Assembly (NCBI GenBank): GCA_038326775.1
Contig: JBBQKJ010000004.1
Span: forward strand, 8,532-72,531
DNA: 64,000 nucleotides
Direction: 5' to 3'
From: Candidatus Geothermincolia bacterium
Lineage (GTDB): Bacteria > Actinomycetota > Geothermincolia > Fen-727 > Anoxymicrobiaceae
This document shows, in pieces, positions 19,751 through 29,852 of the stretch. The notes beneath the pieces are model-generated. The model saw only the letters and a list, made by a program, of their open reading frames with translations. It did no database searches and was not told where the DNA came from. Positions within the stretch are counted from its first letter, which is position 1, and every line of letters begins with the position of its first letter. Both the position numbers and the translations under genes were made by a program.

Positions 19751-20610
19751 GAACAAAGAAAAAGCTCGGGATCGGCGTCGCGATATCGTTGTTCCTGCTC
19801 GCGACGCTCCTGCTGGCCGGCGCGGGCCTGGCCCGGGAGGCCGAGAAACCCACCATCAACGAGGTGTACAAGGTCACCATCAACGAAGTGGGCGACGGGC
19901 GCATCGTCGACACGATGAAGTACGGCAAGGACGACTACGCGGCCATAAAGAAGGTCGAGAAGAAAAACCGCGGCTTTCTGACCAGGAGGTTCAAAACCGA
20001 CGACAACACCGGCGAGCTGATCGACTTCAAGACCGACCTGGACGACTCGAGCCACTCGGTGGTTATCAACTACGACAAGCCCGGCTTCGCATACAACAAC
20101 AAGGGCGTGTTCGCCGTCTACGGCATGACCGAAAAACCCAAGGACAACAAGGGCAAGACTTTCACCTTCGAGGAGAAATCGACCATCAACAGCGAGTTTA
20201 CCCTCTTCACCGACCAGGTCATCCTTACAAAGACGATAATCGAGCTCCCCGAGGCCGCGAGCAACCCCCGCTACGACGCCGAGGAGAAAGCGATACTCTA
20301 CGACATGCCCCCGGCCGCCACGCAGCTCGGTTTCTTCAACGAGAACAAATGCCTTCTATCCGTGGTCTTCGGCCTGTTGACACTCGCGTTCGCGGGCGCG
20401 CTCGCCTTCGTCGCCAGGCGCAAGCCCACCGTGGCACCCGAGGCGGTTGGCACCCCGGTGACGGGCGGGCCCTCACTCGCGGCCGCGCCGCCACCAGTGC
20501 AACCGGAGGCCGGGGCGCCGGCAGGAGAAACACCGGGGTTCTGCAGAAAGTGCGGGGCGCCGATGGCTGAAGGGAAGACATTCTGCACCAAATGCGGGGC
20601 TCACGTCTAG
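19744..20610 (+). CDS. Exported-domain membrane protein with C-terminal cytoplasmic zinc ribbon
   Basis: Start overlaps the upstream stop; signal peptide, soluble domain, TM, Pro/Ala linker, FCRKCG...FCTKCG. Confidence 0.8.
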   Translation: MVRTKKKLGIGVAISLFLLATLLLAGAGLAREAEKPTINEVYKVTINEVGDGRIVDTMKYGKDDYAAIKKVEKKNRGFLTRRFKTDDNTGELIDFKTDLDDSSHSVVINYDKPGFAYNNKGVFAVYGMTEKPKDNKGKTFTFEEKSTINSEFTLFTDQVILTKTIIELPEAASNPRYDAEEKAILYDMPPAATQLGFFNENKCLLSVVFGLLTLAFAGALAFVARRKPTVAPEAVGTPVTGGPSLAAAPPPVQPEAGAPAGETPGFCRKCGAPMAEGKTFCTKCGAHV

Positions 20611-20711
20611 AACAGTGGGGCGGGGGCGTGTCCGGCTCCGGCCGCGCTGTCTTTCCCGGCTCGAGATGCGGCGTGGTGCGACAGTTTCATGATGAAGTTT
20701 CGTCAATACTC

Positions 20712-20740
20712 TTGACAATTATTGCCAGTTAGCATACAAT
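20712..20740 (+). promoter_or_regulatory. Consensus sigma70 promoter of veg
   Basis: TTGACA-N17-TACAAT; the -35 overlaps the inverted repeat GTCAA-tactc-TTGAC (20702-20716). Confidence 0.85.
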
Positions 20741-20785
20741 GATTTCGCCTCCTTTTTGCCCGTTTCGACGTTGGAAGGTGAAGAT

Positions 20786-21076
20786 TTGAGAAACTCCGAG
20801 CCACTGCAGATGAATGTCATGCAAAGAATCCGGGAAGACCTGAACGAGTGCGTCGGCGCCAGGCTGAAGGTCCGGGCCAACAAAGGACGCAAGATCGTCA
20901 TCGAGAACATGGCCGTCCTCGAGGAGACCTACCCGCATGTCTTCGTGGTGAGGGTAGAGGCCAAGGCCTCCCCCAGCCAGCGGGTATCCTACAGCTACGC
21001 CGATATTATCACCAAGACCGTGGAGCTCTCTCACCACGAGACCGACGAGGCCCTGTTCAACTGGCTCAACTCCTAG
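20786..21076 (+). CDS. veg: Veg family protein
   Basis: IREDLNECVGARLKVRANKGRK...LEETYPHVFVV...RVSYSYADIITKTVEL is the Veg signature; TTG start with SD GGAAGG. Confidence 0.9.
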   Translation: MRNSEPLQMNVMQRIREDLNECVGARLKVRANKGRKIVIENMAVLEETYPHVFVVRVEAKASPSQRVSYSYADIITKTVELSHHETDEALFNWLNS

Positions 21077-21094
21077 GAAAGACCGGTCGACCTC

Positions 21095-21130
21095 AGCGGC
21101 GCTCTCAACGGGCGCCGCTTTTCTTTTCTC
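21095..21130 (+). terminator. Intrinsic terminator after veg
   Basis: AGCGGCGCTC-TCAAC-GGGCGCCGCT followed by TTTTCTTTT. Confidence 0.85.
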
Positions 21131-21254
21131 TTTCCTTGACTGCCGCGGCCGGACATTTGCCCGGCTTTCCGCTCGCGGGATAGAATACAGCGGGCGCGAG
21201 CCGTCCATCGAGACTGCTCTGCCATCAATATACATTTGCGACAAGGAGGCGCCA

Positions 21255-22433
21255 GTGGAAAACGTGGTAATCGTGGCCGGAGCAAGGACGGCTTTCGGGA
21301 CGTTCGGCGGTTCGCTCAAGAACGTGACGCCGACCAGGCTGGCGACCGTGGTCGTCGAGGAAGTGCTCAGCCGGGCCGGGATATCGGGCGACAAGGTCGA
21401 CGAGGTGATCTTCGGGCAGGTCATCACGCGCACCGATGAGAACAACCTCGTCTCCCGCTGCGCCGCTCTGGCCGCGGGGATACCCGACGAGGTGCCCGCG
21501 CACTCGGTCATCCGCGGCTGCGGCTCGGGCATGCAGTCTATCTTCGCCGGCGCGCGGCAGATAATGCTCGGGGAGGACCAGGTCATCCTTGCCGGTGGAG
21601 TGGAGAACATGAGCATGGCCCCTTACCTCTCCCAGGACACTCGTTACGGCGCCAGGATGCGCGACTCGAAGCTCGTGGACAGTCTCTGGCAGGTCCTGCA
21701 CGACCCCCACACCGGGCAGATAATGGGACAGACAGCCGAGAACATCGCCGAGCGCCACGGCATCAAAAGGCAGGAGCAGGACGAGCACGCGTTTCGCTCA
21801 AACCAGAAGGCGCTGGAGGCCATCGCCGGGGGCAAGCTCAAACCCCAGATCGTCCCGATAGAGGTCAAGGACCGCAAGACCACCCGCGTTTTCGACACCG
21901 ATGAGCATCCAAAGGACACCACGCTCGAGCAACTGGGCAAGCTGCCCACGGCATTCAAGGAGGGAGGCTCGGTGACGGCCGGCAACGCCTCCGGTATAAA
22001 TGACGGCGCCTCCGCCGTCGTCCTGATGTCTGAGTCGCGCGCCAGGGCCGAAGGGCTCACTCCGCTGGCCAGGATAGTCTCCTTCGCCGCCGCCGGCTGC
22101 CCCCCCGAGTACATGGGTTACGGGCCGGTGCCCTCCTCCAAGAAGGCCCTGGAGCGCGCCGGGATGAAGGTCGACGACATAGAGTTGTGGGAGATAAACG
22201 AGGCGTTTTCCGCCCAGTACCTTTACTGCGAGCGCGAGTTGGGTGTCGACCCGGACAGGACCAACATCTGGGGCGGGGCCGTCGCCTTCGGCCACCCGGT
22301 CGGGGCGACCGGCAACAGGCTGGTCATCACCATGATAGAGGCGCTGAGGGACCGCGACGCGACGGTGGGCCTCTCCACGATGTGCATAGGCGGCGGGCAG
22401 GGCACCGCCATAATACTCGAGCGCCTGAGCTGA
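21255..22433 (+). CDS. Acetyl-CoA C-acyltransferase (thiolase)
   Basis: RGCGSGM catalytic Cys, TAGNASGINDGA, EINEAF, GHPVGATG, MCIGGGQG. Confidence 0.96.
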   Translation: MENVVIVAGARTAFGTFGGSLKNVTPTRLATVVVEEVLSRAGISGDKVDEVIFGQVITRTDENNLVSRCAALAAGIPDEVPAHSVIRGCGSGMQSIFAGARQIMLGEDQVILAGGVENMSMAPYLSQDTRYGARMRDSKLVDSLWQVLHDPHTGQIMGQTAENIAERHGIKRQEQDEHAFRSNQKALEAIAGGKLKPQIVPIEVKDRKTTRVFDTDEHPKDTTLEQLGKLPTAFKEGGSVTAGNASGINDGASAVVLMSESRARAEGLTPLARIVSFAAAGCPPEYMGYGPVPSSKKALERAGMKVDDIELWEINEAFSAQYLYCERELGVDPDRTNIWGGAVAFGHPVGATGNRLVITMIEALRDRDATVGLSTMCIGGGQGTAIILERLS

Positions 22434-22434
22434 C

Positions 22435-22531
22435 ATTCATCCTGGGGTCAGACACCATGACATGAATTTGCAGCTGCCTTCGGATGTTTCGGATAGTAAT
22501 TCATGTCATGGTGCCTGACCCCAGGATGAAT
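22435..22531. repeat. REPIN-like 34-bp inverted repeat (1 mismatch) with 29-nt spacer
   Basis: ATTCATCCTGGGGTCAGACACCATGACATGAATT (22435-22468) versus 22498-22531; fills the gap between two convergent genes. Confidence 0.9.
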
Positions 22532-24705
22532 TAGTGCCCTAACGCTTTCTCGACATCGCTGACCGCGCTGACGAGTGCCGCCAGGTCGTCTTCGGAAGGC
22601 TCCCTGGCGAAGCGCACCCTGTTGAACAGGCCCGCCGCCCGCGCGGTTAGGTTCAGCCCCAGGCGCCGGTCCGCCTCGCGTCCGTACTCCACCGGGGCCT
22701 GCGAGGGCCTCCTCGGCACGCCAGCCAGCTCCAGCGCCTCGGCCATGCGGGCAAACGCCCGGTAAGCCGTCTCGCGCGGGCCGGCATCACGGCCTGGACC
22801 GGCGGGCGCCCTCGCGTTCGGCGGCTTCTTCCGCTTCAGGAGAGCGGCGGCGGCGAGGAGGGCCGCGAGCCCCAGCAGCCAGGGCCAGAACCTGCTGAAG
22901 AATGCCGCTGTTCCGTCCACCGCCCACTTCGCAGCGTTCCATATTGCTCTGCGGTAACCTGCGGGAAAGACGCGCGACAGCGTTCGGCCGATGCTTCGCA
23001 GGAGCGTGAAGCCGGCCCACGTGGTGTTCCTCTGCTGAAGGGTGAACGGCTCGGACCAGCCGGGCGTGGGGTCGAAAGGCACCCACCCGAACACCGGAAA
23101 GTAGACCTCGACCCACGCGTGCGCGTCTCGCCCGCTCACCTCGTAATACCCGGTAAGGGCGTTGAACTCTCCGCTGTCGAACCCCACCGCGACCCTGGCC
23201 GGGATGCCCAGTGTCCTGCACATGACCGCCATCGTGGTCGCGAAGTGCTCGCAGAAACCCTTCTTCGCGTCGAATAGGAAGAACTCCGCGGTGTTCTGGT
23301 CGTTGCCCTGGCGCGGCGTGTCGAGGTCGTACGGGAAGTTGGCCTTGAGGTATTCGGATATGGCGTTGACCTTGTCGTAATCGGTCGCCAGGCCCACCGT
23401 GACCTGCCGGGCCAGATCTGCCACCAGTGGAGACATCTCCGGCAGCTGGAGGAACCTCTCGCGAAGCCCCTCCGGGTAGGCGCCCCTGGCCTCCCTGAGC
23501 ATGTCCGGCCCCACGTCGCTCACAGCTGAGACGACCGTGTAGATGAGCCCGGGGTCGAGCTGCATCGGCGTGAGCACCGTCAGAAGGGAATCGACCTTCA
23601 GCACCCTGGTGGGGAAGAAGACGTCGGCGGGGGCGTAAGCGGCGAAGAGGGTGTTGGGCAGCTTACTCTCTATGTAGAATGTCTGTACCAACTCCCTGGT
23701 CGCGAACCTGCCCGGCTCGCCGGGGTAACCGACCGTGAGCGGCAGCGAATCCGAGTTGATCTCCTCCAACGCCTTCTTTGTGTCCGTGTTCTCCCACCCG
23801 TTGCCCAGGAAACGGTCGAAAGCGGTGGACCTCCAGTAGGCCGGCTCCGAGCTCCTGACCTTCATCACCGTTTCGTCCGCGGGGACTCCCCTGACCCTCA
23901 GGTCCATGAACTTGTTGAAGCCGAAGTAGGCCCTGGAGTTGAACGGCAGCGGTCTCGACGGGAACTTGTCGGGAAAGTCCTTGTAGCCCGGGTTCCTTAT
24001 GAGCGCGTTGAAATCCCTCGGCATCGAGCTCGAGCGGGAGACGGGAAGGCTGTAGGAGTTGAAGCCTGGCAGGCGCGGCAGAGCCATGAAGAACGCGAGC
24101 GCCAGGGGCACCAGCACCACGCAGGTCAGGGCGAGCCTGACCCCGGGCGGCCTGCCGGTCCCGACCGCGGAGATGTCGGCCCGGGACCGCACCGCGGAGC
24201 GGTGGCCCAGAGATAGCGCTGTCAGCCCGCAGATGAAGAACGGGACGATGAGGTAAAGGAAGCCGTTGGAGATGCTGAGCGAGCCGGCGAACGCTATCAA
24301 CACCGTGGCGCTTACCAGTGCGAAGTCGAGGTCGCGGCGCGCCGGCAGGTCGAACGAATGCAGGACCTGCAGCCAGAGGAAAAGCTTCACCAGCGGGTAC
24401 CGCATGTCGTTGACCGATCCTCCAAGGTCCGTCCAGAAGAGCGCGAAGACCACCAGGAGCAGGACGCTCAGGATCATCTTGAGCAGCAGGTTGTCGCGGT
24501 TGCGCGAACGGTAGGAGAGGTACGAGCCGGCGACCACGCCCGCCATCACCGCGGCGCCGGAGAGCAGGCCGACCGCCCCGTACCTTACCGCGGCCAGAAC
24601 GCTGATGAGCACAGTGACGGCAACCGACACCCTGAAGCTCTTCGAGTCTTCGGGGGTGTCGGCCCGGTTTATGACGCGGTAATACTCAATGGCTCGCTTA
24701 AACAT
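22531..24705 (-). CDS. Membrane transglutaminase-like protein (DUF3488/TgpA-type + DUF4129)
   Basis: N-terminal TM bundle; YWRSTAFDRF; GFCEHFA...ARVAVGF...DAHAWVEVYFPVFGWVPFDPTPG catalytic triad. Confidence 0.93.
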   Translation of the reverse strand: MFKRAIEYYRVINRADTPEDSKSFRVSVAVTVLISVLAAVRYGAVGLLSGAAVMAGVVAGSYLSYRSRNRDNLLLKMILSVLLLVVFALFWTDLGGSVNDMRYPLVKLFLWLQVLHSFDLPARRDLDFALVSATVLIAFAGSLSISNGFLYLIVPFFICGLTALSLGHRSAVRSRADISAVGTGRPPGVRLALTCVVLVPLALAFFMALPRLPGFNSYSLPVSRSSSMPRDFNALIRNPGYKDFPDKFPSRPLPFNSRAYFGFNKFMDLRVRGVPADETVMKVRSSEPAYWRSTAFDRFLGNGWENTDTKKALEEINSDSLPLTVGYPGEPGRFATRELVQTFYIESKLPNTLFAAYAPADVFFPTRVLKVDSLLTVLTPMQLDPGLIYTVVSAVSDVGPDMLREARGAYPEGLRERFLQLPEMSPLVADLARQVTVGLATDYDKVNAISEYLKANFPYDLDTPRQGNDQNTAEFFLFDAKKGFCEHFATTMAVMCRTLGIPARVAVGFDSGEFNALTGYYEVSGRDAHAWVEVYFPVFGWVPFDPTPGWSEPFTLQQRNTTWAGFTLLRSIGRTLSRVFPAGYRRAIWNAAKWAVDGTAAFFSRFWPWLLGLAALLAAAALLKRKKPPNARAPAGPGRDAGPRETAYRAFARMAEALELAGVPRRPSQAPVEYGREADRRLGLNLTARAAGLFNRVRFAREPSEDDLAALVSAVSDVEKALGH

Positions 24706-26015
24706 GCGCCTATCTCCTGGCCGCTAGTCATCACGAAAAGGTTGACGCGGCGAGACGCCACCTTCTCAAGCCCTGCCACCTCCAGCAGGGAATCGCCCGT
24801 ATCCCAGCCTTCGGCGTACGACCTGTCGAATACCACCACCAGCGTGGCGCCCTCGACATCGGGGACGGCCTCAATGACAGCGGCCAGGGAATCGCCCCGG
24901 GCGTTGGTGACGACGGCGACGGTCGAGCCGGGGACCAGCGCCGACCTGACGTGAGACATCGCCTCTTCCAGGCCGTTCCCGCCCACGGCGCTTTCCGGCC
25001 ACTGGTACGGCGTGTAGGCGGCGAGCGCTTCCAGCCCTTCGTAGAGAGTGGCATCCCGGAGCACCTCGAAATCGCCGTCTCGCGGCACGATCAGGCGAGG
25101 CTTGCTCCCCATCGCCTCGTAGTAGTTCAGTATGGACGCGGCACACCTCAGCCCGTCCTCGAGGCTGTTGCACTCGGCGTCGCCGTGGGCCGGTTCGCCG
25201 AGCAGGACCACGAGCCCCGCGAACGGTCGGAACTCCTGCTGGTATTCCTTTACTATCAGCTCGCCCTGCCTGGCGCTCGACCTCCAGTGTATGTGCTTCA
25301 GCGAGTCGCCCCTTACGTACTCGCGGATGCCGTAATAGTCCTGCCCGATGCCCTTGCGGGACCACTCGAACGAATCAAGAGGCGCGGCCATGCCGCGTGG
25401 CTCGAACGGGAAACTGGCCAGGGGAAACACCCCCGGATAGACGACGAGCGGGGCTTCGACGCGGAACGTGCGCGAGGACTCCGCGGCGCCGAAGACTCCG
25501 CCGGAGCTCACCTTGATGTCGGCTTCCCGGTACACGCCGCGCCGGGGAGCGGTCATCTCGTAGGCGACCTCCACCGCAGTGCCTAGCGCCACCCTCTCGA
25601 CGGCGACGGTCCGGGAGTGCTCGCGGCCTTTCCTGTCCCCTGGACCCCTACGCGGCGTCGCGCCGGTCGCGGCGAGCTCCCTCATCTCGGCGCGGTGCTC
25701 TCGCGCTGACTCGGCGAACCTCCTCCTGGCGGGGCGCTCGAAGGCCATGTCCGTTATCGACAGGAAATACCTGGTGAGCCTGCCGCTGTTGCCTATGCTC
25801 AGTTTGACCCGGAAAGGTTCGCCCTCGAACACCTCCGAGCGGCACTCCCTCGATATCTCGAGGCGGCGGTTGGCCAGACGGCCGGACAGCGCCCCCGCAA
25901 CCACCAGGGAGAACAGAACGCTCGCCACGAGGTAAAGCCAGCCGGATTTGATGGTCGCGGCGACGAGGAGTAAGGCCACCGCGACGAGTGTCGTTACCAG
26001 GGCCCGGCGCTTCAA
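24669..26015 (-). CDS. DUF58 domain protein
   Basis: YYGIREYVRGDSLKHIHWRSSARQGELIVKEYQ; lies between moxR and the transglutaminase gene. Confidence 0.93.
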   Translation of the reverse strand: MKRRALVTTLVAVALLLVAATIKSGWLYLVASVLFSLVVAGALSGRLANRRLEISRECRSEVFEGEPFRVKLSIGNSGRLTRYFLSITDMAFERPARRRFAESAREHRAEMRELAATGATPRRGPGDRKGREHSRTVAVERVALGTAVEVAYEMTAPRRGVYREADIKVSSGGVFGAAESSRTFRVEAPLVVYPGVFPLASFPFEPRGMAAPLDSFEWSRKGIGQDYYGIREYVRGDSLKHIHWRSSARQGELIVKEYQQEFRPFAGLVVLLGEPAHGDAECNSLEDGLRCAASILNYYEAMGSKPRLIVPRDGDFEVLRDATLYEGLEALAAYTPYQWPESAVGGNGLEEAMSHVRSALVPGSTVAVVTNARGDSLAAVIEAVPDVEGATLVVVFDRSYAEGWDTGDSLLEVAGLEKVASRRVNLFVMTSGQEIGACLSEPLSITAS

Positions 26016-26983
26016 GTCTCCTCGCCCCGGAGCTCGGCGACCTCAACCGGGACGGGGACCCCGTCGAGCACCTCGGCCATTATCCCCGCCGCGTCCCGCA
26101 GCGAGGTCCGGGCGCGCTCCCTGGTAACGAAGCGGTGAGGCAAAACGCGGCAGGCCATCTCCTTGACGTCGTCGGGGGTCACGTAGTCGCGCCCGTCGAG
26201 AAGCGCCGAAGCCTGCGAGCTGCGCACCAGAGCGAGGCTCCCGCGGGGGCTCGAGCCCAGCAGGAGAGCGCTGTGGTTCCGGGTGGCGTGGACTATCGAC
26301 ACCGCGTAGTCAAGCAGGTCGGCCTCGACGTGCACCTCTTTCACGGCCGCCTGCAGCTCCCTGACGTCGGCGACGCTCAACACCGGCTCCAGGGTGTCGA
26401 TGGGATGCCTTACCATCTGGTCGGCGGCGATCTCCTTCTCGGTCTGGATGGAGGGATAACCGAGGCCCACCGAGATCATGAACCTGTCGCGCTGGCCCTC
26501 CGGCAGCGGGTAGGTCCCGTAGAACTCGATGGGATTCTGGGTCGCTATCACGAAGAACGGCTCGGGCAGCATGTGTGTCTGGCCGTCGACGGTCACCTGG
26601 TGCTCTTCCATCGCTTCAAGGAGGCTCGACTGCGTCCTTGGCGTGGTTCGGTTGATCTCGTCTATGAGCACGATGTTCGCGAATATCGGCCCTGGCTGGA
26701 AATCGAACTCGCCGGTCCTCTGGTCGTAGACGGACACCCCGGTCACGTCGGACGGGAGTAGGTCCGGGGTAAACTGTATGCGCTGGAAGGAAGCGTCTAT
26801 CGAGCGGGCGAGTGCCCTGGCCAGCATGGTCTTGCCCACCCCGGGGACGTCTTCTATGAGGAGCTGGCCGTTACAGATGAGCGCGGTAACGGCGAGCTCG
26901 ACGGTCTGGCTCTTGCCCTTTATTACTCTCTCGATGCTGGCACAAAGGGCCCGTGCCTTGCTCTGCGCTTCAATACGGTTCAT
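26012..26983 (-). CDS. MoxR-family AAA+ ATPase
   Basis: EDVPGVGKT, RIQFTPDLLPSD, DEINRTTPRTQSSLLEAM, ATQNPIE; ATG 26983. Confidence 0.95.
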   Translation of the reverse strand: MNRIEAQSKARALCASIERVIKGKSQTVELAVTALICNGQLLIEDVPGVGKTMLARALARSIDASFQRIQFTPDLLPSDVTGVSVYDQRTGEFDFQPGPIFANIVLIDEINRTTPRTQSSLLEAMEEHQVTVDGQTHMLPEPFFVIATQNPIEFYGTYPLPEGQRDRFMISVGLGYPSIQTEKEIAADQMVRHPIDTLEPVLSVADVRELQAAVKEVHVEADLLDYAVSIVHATRNHSALLLGSSPRGSLALVRSSQASALLDGRDYVTPDDVKEMACRVLPHRFVTRERARTSLRDAAGIMAEVLDGVPVPVEVAELRGEET

Positions 26984-27168
26984 TTCACCTTCATAATCGT
27001 CCAGGACGCGCCCCAGCCGTAGGGCAACATGAATATTAGCAGAGCAGGGCGGGGCGGTCATTGCTTTCGGTCACGTGCGCTCCGCGCCCGGGTTGGGTTA
27101 GACTTCAGATGAGAGTCGGTCAACCCGTTCGTCATTATCGAGGACCTTGACTCCAGGGAGGGTCGCAC

Positions 27169-27864
27169 GTGAGGCCTGACAGGCGGCCGTTCAAGGTCTG
27201 CGACAGGGTCTACCAGGTGGGCGGCCCGGAGCTTTCCCACGGGCAGGACTGCTGCGTCTACCTGGTCGACGGCGGCGGCCCGCTGGCGCTTATCGACAGC
27301 GGCTGTGGCCCCGGCTACAAGGCGATACTCGCCAATATCATCCGCCTCGGCTTCGAACCCGAGAGGCTCGAGACGCTGCTGCTGACCCACTGCCATATCG
27401 ACCACGTGGGCGCCGCGGGTTTTTTTCGGGCGGAGTACGGCGTTCAGCTCGTTGCGCACGAGAGGGACTGCCCGCCATGCGAGTCGGGCGACCGGCTCAT
27501 GACCGCGGCGTTCCTCTACGAGGTCAAGTTCGAGCCGCTGGCCATCGATCGGAGGCTGACGGGAGACGAGGAGGACCTCGCGGTCGGTGACCTGGTGCTG
27601 AAGACCCTTCTGGCCCCCGGCCATACGCCGGGCTCGCTCGCGGCCTACATCGATATCAATGGAACCCGGGTTCTATTCGGGCAGGACATCCACGGCCCGT
27701 TCCACCCCGACCTGGGGTCCGACATCGGTGCCTGGCGCCTCTCCATGGACCGGCTGCTCGCCCTCGAGGCTGACATTCTCTGCGAGGGGCACTTCGGCGT
27801 CTACAGCCCGGCCGCCGCGGTCCGCGACTACATCGAGGGCTACCTCGACCGCTTCCGCCGGTAA
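27169..27864 (+). CDS. Metallo-beta-lactamase fold hydrolase
   Basis: THCHIDH (HxHxDH), PGHTPGS, GQD, CEGH. Confidence 0.92.
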   Translation: MRPDRRPFKVCDRVYQVGGPELSHGQDCCVYLVDGGGPLALIDSGCGPGYKAILANIIRLGFEPERLETLLLTHCHIDHVGAAGFFRAEYGVQLVAHERDCPPCESGDRLMTAAFLYEVKFEPLAIDRRLTGDEEDLAVGDLVLKTLLAPGHTPGSLAAYIDINGTRVLFGQDIHGPFHPDLGSDIGAWRLSMDRLLALEADILCEGHFGVYSPAAAVRDYIEGYLDRFRR

Positions 27865-27930
27865 GGAAATGCACAATATGTTGTTGGAATAGCGAGAGCT
27901 GCATACCACATATGGATTTCGGGTTGCCCA

Positions 27931-27988
27931 TTGACGTTTATATCGAACCGATATATACTTGCCGGGAATATATCGATTTGATATATCG
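27931..27988 (+). promoter_or_regulatory. Promoter with tandem palindromic operators (putative PadR sites)
   Basis: TTGACG-N17-TATACT (27931-27959); TATATCG-aac-CGATATA (27939-27955) and TATATCG-att-TGATATA (27969-27985). Confidence 0.85.
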
Positions 27989-28012
27989 ACCAGCCGGGCC
28001 TGATGAAAGGCT

Positions 28013-28609
28013 GTGAAAGTGCTCGAAATAGCGATACTCGGCCTCCTCAAGGAGAGGCCGATGCACGGATACGAGCTGAAGAAGAGGCTCTCATATATGC
28101 TGGGCCACTTCTGGACTGTCAGCTACGGGTCACTTTATCCCGCGCTGAAGCGGCTCGAAAAGTCCGGTGCCATCGAACGAGCATACTCCGTCAAGGAGAA
28201 GACCAGGAATCGCAACGTATTCCGCGTCACCCCCAGGGGCGAGATTTCCTTCATGCGCATGCTCACCGAGAACGTGACGGTCGCATCGCTCGCCGACACC
28301 GAGAAGTTCGACCTGAGGATGGCGTTCTTCCAGTACCTGGACCCCGAGACAAGGCTCCGCCTGCTGGAGATGAGGCGTGGGCTCCTGGAGGAACAGGTTG
28401 AGAAGTTTAAGGCCTACCGCTCCACCAACAAGGATGAGGACCTGTACCGCACGGGCCTGATGAGGCACAAGGTAAGCCAGGTCAAGAGCGATATCAGGTG
28501 GCTGGACCGCCTGATGGTCCACGAGAGGGAGACCATCGGGAAGCGCGACGGCACAACCGAGAGAAAGATAGAGATGGAAGCTACCGGGGGACAGGTTTCC
28601 GCGGTATAG
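28013..28609 (+). CDS. PadR-family transcriptional regulator (Rv0047c-like, upstream of ino1)
   Basis: [18 protein letters not shown]...[13 protein letters not shown]. Confidence 0.93.
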   Translation: MKVLEIAILGLLKERPMHGYELKKRLSYMLGHFWTVSYGSLYPALKRLEKSGAIERAYSVKEKTRNRNVFRVTPRGEISFMRMLTENVTVASLADTEKFDLRMAFFQYLDPETRLRLLEMRRGLLEEQVEKFKAYRSTNKDEDLYRTGLMRHKVSQVKSDIRWLDRLMVHERETIGKRDGTTERKIEMEATGGQVSAV

Positions 28610-28656
28610 ATTCGACCTTAACCCCGCTGGGGTTGGCGGCAAGGAGGCAAAGACAA

Positions 28657-29802
28657 ATGGCAGAAGTCAGGGTTGCGATAGTGGGAGCCGGCAACTGCGC
28701 TTCGTCCCTCGTGCAGGGGATCGAGTACTACCGCGACGCGCGTGAAGGGGACCAGGTCCCCGGGCTCATGCACGTGAATATCGGGCCTTACCACGTAAGC
28801 GACGTGAAATTCGTGGCGGCGTTCGACGTCGACGCGAGCAAGGTAGGAAAGGACCTCTCCGAGGCTGTCTTCGAGGAGCCGAACAACACCTTCAAGTTTT
28901 CCAAGGTGCCTCCCCTGGGGGTGAAGGTTATGCGCGGCCCGAGCCTGGACGGGCTCGGGAAATACTACCGCGAGACCATAACCGAGAGCAGCGACCCGGT
29001 GGTCGACGTCTCGGAGACTCTTATCGACACTGGAGCCCAGGTGCTTATCAACTACCTCCCGGTCGGCAGCGAGGACGCCACCCGATTCTACGTGAGCGAG
29101 GCCATGGAGGCCGGGTGCGGCGTTGTAAACTGCATCCCGGTCTTCATCGCAAAAGAGGAGATGTGGCAGGGCAAGTTCCGCAAGGTCGGCCTCCCGATCG
29201 TGGGGGATGACATCAAGAGCCAGGTGGGCGCCACCATCGTACACCGCGTGCTGGCCAAACTTTTCAACGACAGGGGCGTAACGCTCGAGCGCACCAGCCA
29301 GCTCAACGTGGGTGGTAACATGGACTTTAAGAACATGCTCGAGCGTGAGCGGCTCGAGTCTAAGAAGATCTCCAAAACCAACTCCGTGATATCTCAGATC
29401 GACCACAAGATGGAAAGCGGCTCCATCCACATCGGCCCGTCCGACTACGTGTCTTGGCTCACCGACCGGAAGTGGGCCTACATCCGATGCGAGGGCAAAG
29501 CGTTCGGCGACGTCCCGCTCAACATCGAGTTCAAGATGGAGGTCTGGGACTCGCCCAACTCCGCCGGTATCGTCATCGACGCGCTGCGCTGCTGCAAGCT
29601 CGCAATGGACCGCGGCCTCTCGGGCGCGCTCATGGGCCCGTCCGCATACTTCATGAAGTCTCCTCCGGTCCAGTTCTCCGACAACGATGCGCGCGACATG
29701 GTCGAGGCGTTCATCCGGGGCGAGAGCGGGGGCCTCATGACCACCGCCGAGATGGGCAACGGCAAGGAGCTCGAGGAGCTAAAGAACCCGGTCAACGATT
29801 GA
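28657..29802 (+). CDS. ino1: myo-inositol-1-phosphate synthase
   Basis: [41 protein letters not shown]; ATG 28657 with SD AAGGAGG. Confidence 0.97.
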   Translation: MAEVRVAIVGAGNCASSLVQGIEYYRDAREGDQVPGLMHVNIGPYHVSDVKFVAAFDVDASKVGKDLSEAVFEEPNNTFKFSKVPPLGVKVMRGPSLDGLGKYYRETITESSDPVVDVSETLIDTGAQVLINYLPVGSEDATRFYVSEAMEAGCGVVNCIPVFIAKEEMWQGKFRKVGLPIVGDDIKSQVGATIVHRVLAKLFNDRGVTLERTSQLNVGGNMDFKNMLERERLESKKISKTNSVISQIDHKMESGSIHIGPSDYVSWLTDRKWAYIRCEGKAFGDVPLNIEFKMEVWDSPNSAGIVIDALRCCKLAMDRGLSGALMGPSAYFMKSPPVQFSDNDARDMVEAFIRGESGGLMTTAEMGNGKELEELKNPVND

Positions 29803-29852
29803 GAGTTCCGCGTGGGGCTTCGCGCCACATCCCTGGATAGCAGGGGGCCGCT

